Positions 56,971 through 64,000 of a stretch of DNA of 64,000 nt are shown one piece after another. Under the pieces are notes generated by a model. The model was not told the origin of the DNA and made no database searches. It worked only from the letters and a program-made list of their open reading frames with translations. A program made the position numbers and the translations under genes. Within the stretch, counting starts at the first letter, position 1, and each line of letters opens with the position of its first letter. The DNA comes from Vulcanimicrobiales bacterium (GTDB taxonomy: Bacteria > Vulcanimicrobiota > Vulcanimicrobiia > Vulcanimicrobiales > Vulcanimicrobiaceae). The stretch lies in assembly GCA_038231455.1 (NCBI GenBank), contig JBBRLI010000004.1:64001-128000 (forward strand). Direction: 5' to 3'.

Positions 56971-59900
56971 ATGTCGTCTTCCCCCGGCTATGCCGAGCTC
57001 CACTGCTGGTCGAACTTCAGCTTCCTCGAGGGTTCATCGCACCCCGAAGAGTTGATCGGGCGCGCCCACGCGCTCGGCTTGCGCGGAGTCGCCCTCACCG
57101 ACCGGGACGGCGTCTACGGGGCGGTCCGCTTCGCCAAAGCCGCGCGCGACCTCCCCGGTTTTGCCGCCATCTGCGGCGCCGAGCTGACGCTCGAATTGGA
57201 ACCGCCTGCGCGCGTTCGGGGGCGTGAAAAAGGCGCGCGTCCCGCAAGCGAAGTGCCGACCGATACGCCGCGCATCGTGCTCCTCGCCGAGAACGCGACC
57301 GGCTATGCCAATCTTGCCCACCTCATCTCCGCTGCTCAACTGCGCGGCCGCAAACGCGACGCGCGCCTCCATCTCGAGGATCTTGCGGGTCGTACCGAGG
57401 GGCTCATCGCGCTCTCCGGCGGACGTAACGGTCTGCCCGAACGCGCGCTCATCCGGCGCGACGACGCGCAGGCGCTGGCGTGGGGGGCGCAACTGCGCGA
57501 TGCGTTTCCGGGCCGCTTTTACATCGAATTGCAGCATCACTTACGGCCGGAAGACGGGGCGCTCGTCCAAGCGCTGGTGCGGCTAGCGGCGCAGCTCGAC
57601 GTGCCGTACGTCGCGACCAACGGCGCGGCGTATAGTGTCCGCGAAGATGCGCGGCTGTGCGATATTCTGACCTGCGTCAAATACAAGACGACGTTGCAGA
57701 ATGCCGGTACCATGCTCCGGCCCAACGCCGAGTCGTATCTGAAATCGCCCGCGCAGATGGCGCGGCTCTTCGCTCCATATCCGCTCGCGCTTGCAAACAC
57801 GCTCGTCATTGCAGAACGCTGTGCGTTTCGCCTGGACAAACTCCACGGACAGTTCCCGCACTTCCCGATTCCCGCAAGCGAAACAAGCCACCAATCGTAT
57901 CTGCGCACGCTCGTTTATGCGGGCGCGAAACGACGCTATGCAATGCCGCTCGATCCCAAAGTCGAACGCCAGCTCGAATACGAACTGGGGATCATCGCGC
58001 GCATGGATCTGGCGGGTTACTTCATCGTGGTGTGGGACATCGTACGCGCAGCCGAAGAACTCCAAGTGCTCTGCCAAGGACGCGGTTCGGCAGCAAATTC
58101 CGCGGTCTGCTACGCGCTGCACATTACCGCGGTCGATCCGGTGGGACACGGTCTGCTCTTCGAACGCTTTCTCTCGGAAGAACGCAAAGAAGTGCCCGAT
58201 ATCGATATCGATTTCGCGCATCAAGATCGCGAAAAAATCATTCAATACGTGTACGACCGCTACGGCCGCGAACATGCGGCGATGGCAGCGGAGGTGATTA
58301 CGTATCGCACGCGCTCGGCGATTCGCGACGTCGGTAAGGCGATGGGACTCTCGCTCGCGCAAGTCGATACGATCGTGAACGATTACGACGCACGTGAGTC
58401 GCTCGCGGGTGCGCTCGGTGCGAGCGCCGCGGCGGTGAGCGCGCTCCCCGAGTCGGTGCGCAAACGGCGCGATCTCGATGCGGGGTCGAATCAGCGTCTC
58501 TCGCGAGCGGAGGCGGGCGACCAACCCGCCGCGTCGAGCGGCCGCGCACACACACCGGGCTTCGGTTCGGTCGACGACCTCGCGCGCGACGTGCGAGCGC
58601 GCACCGATCCGTCGCGCGCGATTCCATCCGTCGTCAAACCGCGTCCCCAGCATCTCTACGGGTTCGTTGCCAAAGACTTTGGCCCCGATCCCGATCCCGC
58701 GCATCCCAGTTCCGTGGGCGGAGAACTCGGCGATACGCTGATGGCGATCTGCCGGCGCATCGATGGCTTTCCGCGTCATATGGGTATCCATTCCGGCGGC
58801 ATGGTGATCACGCGCGATCCGCTCGTGCAAGTCGCGCCGGTCGAATGGGCGACGATGCGCGACCGCACGATCATTCAGTGGGACAAAGACGACCTCGGCG
58901 ATCTTGGTCTGATTAAAATCGATCTGCTCGGTCTTGGCATGCTCTCGCTCTTACGCGATGCCTTTACGCTCTTTGGGCGCGTGTATCCGCAGCGGCCGCC
59001 GCTCTCGCTTGCCTCGATCCCGCAAGACGATCGGCCGACGTACGAGATGCTGCAGCGCGGCGATTCGATCGGCGTCTTTCAAGTCGAGTCGCGCGCGCAG
59101 CAATCGATGCTGCCGCGTCTTAAACCCGCGTGCTTCTACGATCTCGTCATGCAGGTCGCGATCATCCGACCCGGTCCCATTCAAGGCGACATGATCCACC
59201 CGTTTCTGCGCCGCCGCAATGGCCTCGAACCCGTCACCTATCCGCATCCCAAACTCAAACCCATTCTCGAACGGACGCTCGGCGTACCGCTCTTTCAAGA
59301 GCAAGGCATGCGCATGGCGATCGAAGCGGCGGGGTTCACGCCCGGCCAAGCCGATCAACTGCGGCGCGCGATGGGCAACAAACGTTCGCGCCAGCGCATG
59401 GCCGAGATCTATCCCAAGCTCATCGACGGAATGGTCGAAAACGGCATCGACCGTGCGAGTGCCGACGCACTCTTTCACATGCTCGAAGGCTTCGCCGACT
59501 ACGGCTTTCCGGAATCTCACGCGGCCAGTTTTGCACTGCTCGCCTACGCATCGGCGTATGTCAAATGTCACGAACCCGCGATTTTCTGCGCAGCGATTCT
59601 CAACGTTCAGCCGATGGGATTCTACGCAACCGAAGTACTCGTCAACGATGCCAAACGTCACGGCGTCGTGGTGAAACCGATCGCGGTGAACGAGAGCGAG
59701 TGGTGGAGTTTTGTCGACAAAGCCGGTTCCTTGCGCCTGGGTTTCCATCTCGTGCGCGGCATGGGCGAGGCGCAGCGCGAGAAACTGGAGGGCGCACTCC
59801 AAAGCGGCGGCGAGTTCGAAGACGTCGTCGATTTCGCGCGCCGCACGGGACTCGCGCGTGAGGCGCTCGAGAATCTGGCTGCGGCAAATGCGTTCTCGCC

Positions 59901-60438
59901 GTGGTTCGATTCGCGCCGCGAGGCGATGTGGGCGCTGCGCGGACTCGACGAACGCGAAGCGCGTGGGGAACTCGGCCGCGGGATGGAGATCGAAGAACCT
60001 GCCGCGCAGTTCGCCTCGTTGCAGCCGCTCGAAGCAACGGCGCTCGACTTGCATGCAACCGGCGTCTCCGACGTCCAGCCGATCGACCATTTCCGCCCCG
60101 AACTCGATCGGCAAAACGTGCTCGCGGCAAACCGCTTACCCGCGATGCCGAAGAATCTGGTGTGCAAAGTCGCCGGGATCGTGATCACGCGTCAACGCCC
60201 CGGCACGGCGAAAGGCTTCGTCTTTCTCACCCTCGAGGACGAAACGGGTCTGGTCAACGTGATCGTGCGCCCAGACGTCTACGAACGCAATCGCCGCGTC
60301 GTGCGACAATCGCGCGCGCTCATCATCGAGGGTGTACTGCAAAAAGATCAAGGCACGATCGACGTGATCGCCAAGCGCTTTTGGCCGCTCGATACGAGCG
60401 GCACGGCCGACAACGTCCGCGCGCGAAACTTTCACTAG
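56971..60438 (+). CDS. dnaE2: Error-prone DNA polymerase DnaE2 (ImuC)
   Basis: YAELH..SNFSFL, GRGSAANS, PDIDIDF, FPESHA, RQRPGTAKG, C-terminal ARNFH (SRDFH-like). Confidence 0.96.
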   Translation: MSSSPGYAELHCWSNFSFLEGSSHPEELIGRAHALGLRGVALTDRDGVYGAVRFAKAARDLPGFAAICGAELTLELEPPARVRGREKGARPASEVPTDTPRIVLLAENATGYANLAHLISAAQLRGRKRDARLHLEDLAGRTEGLIALSGGRNGLPERALIRRDDAQALAWGAQLRDAFPGRFYIELQHHLRPEDGALVQALVRLAAQLDVPYVATNGAAYSVREDARLCDILTCVKYKTTLQNAGTMLRPNAESYLKSPAQMARLFAPYPLALANTLVIAERCAFRLDKLHGQFPHFPIPASETSHQSYLRTLVYAGAKRRYAMPLDPKVERQLEYELGIIARMDLAGYFIVVWDIVRAAEELQVLCQGRGSAANSAVCYALHITAVDPVGHGLLFERFLSEERKEVPDIDIDFAHQDREKIIQYVYDRYGREHAAMAAEVITYRTRSAIRDVGKAMGLSLAQVDTIVNDYDARESLAGALGASAAAVSALPESVRKRRDLDAGSNQRLSRAEAGDQPAASSGRAHTPGFGSVDDLARDVRARTDPSRAIPSVVKPRPQHLYGFVAKDFGPDPDPAHPSSVGGELGDTLMAICRRIDGFPRHMGIHSGGMVITRDPLVQVAPVEWATMRDRTIIQWDKDDLGDLGLIKIDLLGLGMLSLLRDAFTLFGRVYPQRPPLSLASIPQDDRPTYEMLQRGDSIGVFQVESRAQQSMLPRLKPACFYDLVMQVAIIRPGPIQGDMIHPFLRRRNGLEPVTYPHPKLKPILERTLGVPLFQEQGMRMAIEAAGFTPGQADQLRRAMGNKRSRQRMAEIYPKLIDGMVENGIDRASADALFHMLEGFADYGFPESHAASFALLAYASAYVKCHEPAIFCAAILNVQPMGFYATEVLVNDAKRHGVVVKPIAVNESEWWSFVDKAGSLRLGFHLVRGMGEAQREKLEGALQSGGEFEDVVDFARRTGLAREALENLAAANAFSPWFDSRREAMWALRGLDEREARGELGRGMEIEEPAAQFASLQPLEATALDLHATGVSDVQPIDHFRPELDRQNVLAANRLPAMPKNLVCKVAGIVITRQRPGTAKGFVFLTLEDETGLVNVIVRPDVYERNRRVVRQSRALIIEGVLQKDQGTIDVIAKRFWPLDTSGTADNVRARNFH

Positions 60439-60561
60439 CGGGAAAGCAAACGCTTCACAGATCGCTCGCTGGAAAGCTCGTCCATCCGACCGTCCGTAGC
60501 CTCGTACAGAGTAGCTCACCGACCCCACGTTAGGTTGCCGATTTGTGGGTATGTGGCGGGC

Positions 60562-61104
60562 ATGAAGCACCGTATATTCGCAACGACTCTTGGCCTCGCG
60601 GCTTGCCTCACGCTGGGCGCAGGCGCATTCGCACAGACCGCTCCCACAACGATGGCAACGCCCGACCCGAGCGCGACCACGGTTCCCGCCGTTCTCGTGA
60701 GCCCGCCGCCCGGCACCACGGTGATCCCGGGTGAAGTTCCGAGCGATAACGGTGACGGCATCCGGCGCCTGCTCTCGCAGCAGAATAATTCCGGTGAACT
60801 CGGTAGCGTCACGCTCTTCCGCATGCCGAACAACAAGACGCGCGTCGTTCTCAACCTCAAAGGCGCCAAACCCGGCACGATGCAGCCTGCGCACATCCAT
60901 CGCGGCCGCGATTGCAGCAATCTCGATCCCAAACCCGCTTTTCCGCTAACGACGGTGATGACGTCGGAATCGGGCGGTTCGTCGACGACGATCGTCAACG
61001 CCCCGATTGCAAAGCTGCTCTCGGGCAACTATTCGGTCAACGTCCACGCGAGCACGACGAACATCGCGCGCTACGTGTCCTGCGGGAATCTCTACCTGAA
61101 GTAG
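60562..61104 (+). CDS. Secreted CHRD-like domain protein
   Basis: Signal peptide; QPAHIH.G..C, Y.VNVH, CG. Confidence 0.65.
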   Translation: MKHRIFATTLGLAACLTLGAGAFAQTAPTTMATPDPSATTVPAVLVSPPPGTTVIPGEVPSDNGDGIRRLLSQQNNSGELGSVTLFRMPNNKTRVVLNLKGAKPGTMQPAHIHRGRDCSNLDPKPAFPLTTVMTSESGGSSTTIVNAPIAKLLSGNYSVNVHASTTNIARYVSCGNLYLK

Positions 61105-61121
61105 TCGTACATCATCCGGTT

Positions 61122-62120
61122 ATGATACGTACCGGATTCTCAGGAACGATCGGCAACACGCCGCTCATCGAACTGCCGAACCTCTCGGCTGCGATCGGGC
61201 GGCGTTTGCTTGGAAAAGCGGAATTCCTCAACCCCGGCGGGTCGGTGAAAGATCGCGCCGCGCGCGGCATCATCGATGATGCCGAACGCAGCGGCAAACT
61301 TCTCCCCGGCGGCACGATCGTCGAAGGCACCGCGGGGAATACGGGAATCGCACTCGCGCTGCTCGGCAACGCGCGCGGCTACCGGACGATCATCTGCATT
61401 CCGGATGACCAGTCGGAAGAAAAGTATGCTTTACTGCGCGGCTTCGGTGCGGACGTGCGGGTGATCCCCGCCGCACCGTACACGAATGACGAGAACTACT
61501 ATCACGTCGCGCGGCGCACGGCCGAGTCGATTCCAGGCGCATTCTGGGCCGACCAATTTAATAACACCGCCAATCGCGACGCGCACGCGGCCACGACCGG
61601 ACCGGAAATCTGGGAACAAACCGGCGGCACGCTCGATGCATTCGTCGCCGCCGCCGGTACCGGTGGGACGCTAGCTGGGACTTCGCTGGCACTCAAGGCC
61701 CGCAATCCAAAGATTCGCACGATATTGAACGATCCGTACGGATCGTCGCTCTATTGTTATATGAAGAACGGCACGCTCGAAGTCGAGGGTGATTCGAATG
61801 CCGAAGGCATCGGGATCAAACGCATCGTTGCCAACTTCGAAGGCGCACCGATCGACGATGCCATTCGCACGGGCGACCGCGCGATGGTCGAGATGGCGTA
61901 CTGGCTCGTACGTGAAGAAGGCCTCTTCATCGGCGGCTCGGCGGCACTCAACGTTGCGGGTGCCGCGCGCTACGCGATGTCGCTGCCCGAGGGAAGCGTC
62001 GTTGCAACGATTCTGTGCGACGGCGGCGAACGTTACCGCTCGCGACTTTACAACCGCGCGTGGCTCGAAGAAAATGACTGCGTGCCGACCGCGACCGACC
62101 TCTCGTTCCTCACTGCATAA
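61122..62120 (+). CDS. cysK: Cysteine synthase family PLP enzyme
   Basis: IGNTPL, NPGGSVKDR, EGTAGNTG, QFNN, GTGGT, CDGGERY. Confidence 0.9.
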   Translation: MIRTGFSGTIGNTPLIELPNLSAAIGRRLLGKAEFLNPGGSVKDRAARGIIDDAERSGKLLPGGTIVEGTAGNTGIALALLGNARGYRTIICIPDDQSEEKYALLRGFGADVRVIPAAPYTNDENYYHVARRTAESIPGAFWADQFNNTANRDAHAATTGPEIWEQTGGTLDAFVAAAGTGGTLAGTSLALKARNPKIRTILNDPYGSSLYCYMKNGTLEVEGDSNAEGIGIKRIVANFEGAPIDDAIRTGDRAMVEMAYWLVREEGLFIGGSAALNVAGAARYAMSLPEGSVVATILCDGGERYRSRLYNRAWLEENDCVPTATDLSFLTA

Positions 62121-62134
62121 CTAAAGGATACATT

Positions 62135-62998
62135 ATGGATACGCTCAATCGCGGCGCGTTCGTCGCCGTCACCGCCGGCGCAACGGCAACGCTTGGAACC
62201 ATCGCATCGGCGCTTGCCGCAGGCGAAGGCTTCGGCCAACCGCACCCGCCGATCGTCGCCGAGAACGATCCCGCGATCGTCGCAACGATGGTGCAGCTCG
62301 ATCGGCCCGGCATCAAACTCAACGCCTACATGGCGCACCCGAAAACGATCACCGCAACGACACCCGGTATCGTCATGGTGCAGCATATTTGGGGCGTCGA
62401 CGCGCAGATTCGCGACACCGTTCGCCGCTACGCAAAAGAAGGCTACATCTGCATCGCTCCCGACCTGTTCCAACGCACGAATCCGCCGAGCGGCGATGGA
62501 CTGAGCGACTACACGGTGTTCCGCGCGAGTGCATCGGCGCTCACCGACGAACAGACGCACGGGGATCTTAAGGCCGGCTACGATGCGATTCGCAAACATG
62601 CATCCAAGTCGAAGATCGGCGTGACCGGCTTCTGCATGGGCGGCGGCATCGCGCTCAAACAAGTGATCGGCAATAGCGACTACGGTGCCGTCGCGGTTTT
62701 CTACGGCGATGTGCGCCCGGGTACCGCGGACCGCAAAGCGCCTTCGACCGATGAGACGTTCGACTATGCAAAAAAAATCACGACGCCGGTGGCCGGCAGC
62801 TGGGCGGGACTTGACACGGGGATTCTGCCCGTCGACGTGCTCGCGCTCGAAAAGCATTTGACCGTACCGCACGACATCAAAGTCTATGAAGGCGCAAACC
62901 ACGCGTTTTTCGATGACACCCGCAAAGCGTACAAGGCCGATGCCGCTGCCGATGCGTGGACACGAACCCTGGCGTGGTTTAAGAAGCACCTCGCCTAA
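62135..62998 (+). CDS. Dienelactone hydrolase family protein
   Basis: GFCMGG nucleophile motif, YEGANHAF; AAGGA SD; Tat-like leader. Confidence 0.9.
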   Translation: MDTLNRGAFVAVTAGATATLGTIASALAAGEGFGQPHPPIVAENDPAIVATMVQLDRPGIKLNAYMAHPKTITATTPGIVMVQHIWGVDAQIRDTVRRYAKEGYICIAPDLFQRTNPPSGDGLSDYTVFRASASALTDEQTHGDLKAGYDAIRKHASKSKIGVTGFCMGGGIALKQVIGNSDYGAVAVFYGDVRPGTADRKAPSTDETFDYAKKITTPVAGSWAGLDTGILPVDVLALEKHLTVPHDIKVYEGANHAFFDDTRKAYKADAAADAWTRTLAWFKKHLA

Positions 62999-63004
62999 AG
63001 AGTG

Positions 63005-63039
63005 CGCGGTGTCGCTTGGAACGATTCCAAGCGGCACCG
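63005..63039. other. GC-rich hairpin downstream of dienelactone hydrolase (terminator or processing stem)
   Basis: GCGGTGTCGCTTGGAA-cga-TTCCAAGCGGCACCGC; no U-tract. Confidence 0.5.
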
Positions 63040-63067
63040 CCGCCCTGCTCGTTGAATCGACCGTTTG

Positions 63068-64000
63068 ATGGCGTATACGCTCGTACACTGTTCGGACGTT
63101 CACCTCGAAACCGTTTTTACCGAACTGCGCGGCGGCGCACGGCGGCGTGCGGCTCTTGCAGACGCGTTCGTGCGCATCGTCGACCTGGCGTGCGAACGCA
63201 AAGCGGACGCCCTCACGATCGGCGGCGACCTTTTTGAATCCGCTCGGGCAAGCGAACAGACGGCCCGGTTTCTTGCAGCACAGTTCGCCCGCTTCGACGG
63301 AGCGATCTTCATTGCGCCGGGCAACCACGATCCGCACGGTGAGAGCGCACTGCTCTCGCGCAGCGATTTGCCCGCCAACGTCCGCATCTTTCGCGAGGCG
63401 GCTTGGAGCGCGTTTCCGCTTGCAGACAATCTAACGCTCTATGGCTACGGCCACACGCCCGCCGAGCCCGGCCGTCCGTTTGCCGGCGCACGCTTCGAGC
63501 GGCCGGGCGTACGCATCGCGCTCGTTCATGGCAGCGATGAAGAACGGTGTCCGCCGAATAAGCGCGCGACCGCGCCGTTTACGGCGATGGAAATCGCGGC
63601 TTCGGGCGCGACGCTGCTGTTGACCGGACACTATCACGGCGGCTACATCGCCGAACACGACGGTCGGCCGCTCATCGCGTATCCCGGCTCGCCCGAACCG
63701 ATCAAATTCGGCGAACGCGGCACGCACGGCGCGCTCGTCGTCACGATCGAGGACGTGTCCGTTGCAATCGAAAGCGTCGAAATTGCGCGCACGCGACTGA
63801 TCGACCTCGACATCACGGTGGACGGTGCGTCGAGCGAACACGCGATCGCGGAGTTAGTCGAAGCGGCACTCGTCCCGTACGGAAACGACGACTACTTGCG
63901 TGCCCGCCTGACCGGCACGATTCCCAGTGGTACGCGCATCGATCGCGCGTTTCTCGAAGAGCGCTCGAACGCACGTCTAGGCGCACTCGAACTCATCGAT
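63068..64000 (+). CDS. SbcD/Mre11-like DNA repair metallophosphoesterase, 3'-truncated by window edge
   Basis: Hand translation MAYTLVHCSDVHLE...GGDLFE...PGNHD...HGS...GHYH...YPGSPEP; absent from ORF track because it runs off the window. Confidence 0.88.
   Translation, partial: MAYTLVHCSDVHLETVFTELRGGARRRAALADAFVRIVDLACERKADALTIGGDLFESARASEQTARFLAAQFARFDGAIFIAPGNHDPHGESALLSRSDLPANVRIFREAAWSAFPLADNLTLYGYGHTPAEPGRPFAGARFERPGVRIALVHGSDEERCPPNKRATAPFTAMEIAASGATLLLTGHYHGGYIAEHDGRPLIAYPGSPEPIKFGERGTHGALVVTIEDVSVAIESVEIARTRLIDLDITVDGASSEHAIAELVEAALVPYGNDDYLRARLTGTIPSGTRIDRAFLEERSNARLGALELID

Noticed and set aside
58400-58735. DnaE2 insertion as an intein
   Set aside because: No C-terminal His-Asn followed by Cys/Ser/Thr and no recognisable splicing blocks

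Overview
High-GC (roughly 60-63% by eye) bacterial chromosomal segment with no rRNA, tRNA, CRISPR array, transposase or phage genes recognised. Gene content and style (Gram-positive-type LexA boxes, futalosine-type menaquinone genes, many GAF/PAS/GGDEF sensors, frequent SD-less starts) suggest a Terrabacteria-group soil organism, possibly Eremiobacterota/Vulcanimicrobiota; this is inference only. Main blocks: (1) a selenocysteine formate dehydrogenase (in-frame TGA plus SECIS-like hairpin) with Fe-S and NrfD subunits, facing an oxalate/formate antiporter and lying downstream of polX and a hybrid kinase; (2) fni, rpsO-panD-pnp, a frameshifted chemoreceptor, a UbiD/UbiA pair; (3) a YtrA/GntR-ABC exporter operon led by an unannotated 39-aa peptide; (4) an imuA / imuB / dnaE2 mutagenesis cassette split into three loci, each with its own promoter carrying an identical 18-bp SOS box, with a HicAB toxin-antitoxin pair in between; (5) peptidases (M16 pair, S46, M48-RDD), cysK and a partial SbcD-like nuclease. 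The most novel-looking signals are two unannotated small peptides 12 kb apart (32629-32748 minus, 45088-45195 plus) that share an RP-x-A-x-V...FGGWGP[KR] motif and both sit behind an ACTA-N6-TAGT palindrome, and a highly structured locus behind a sigma28-like promoter at 48427-48844.
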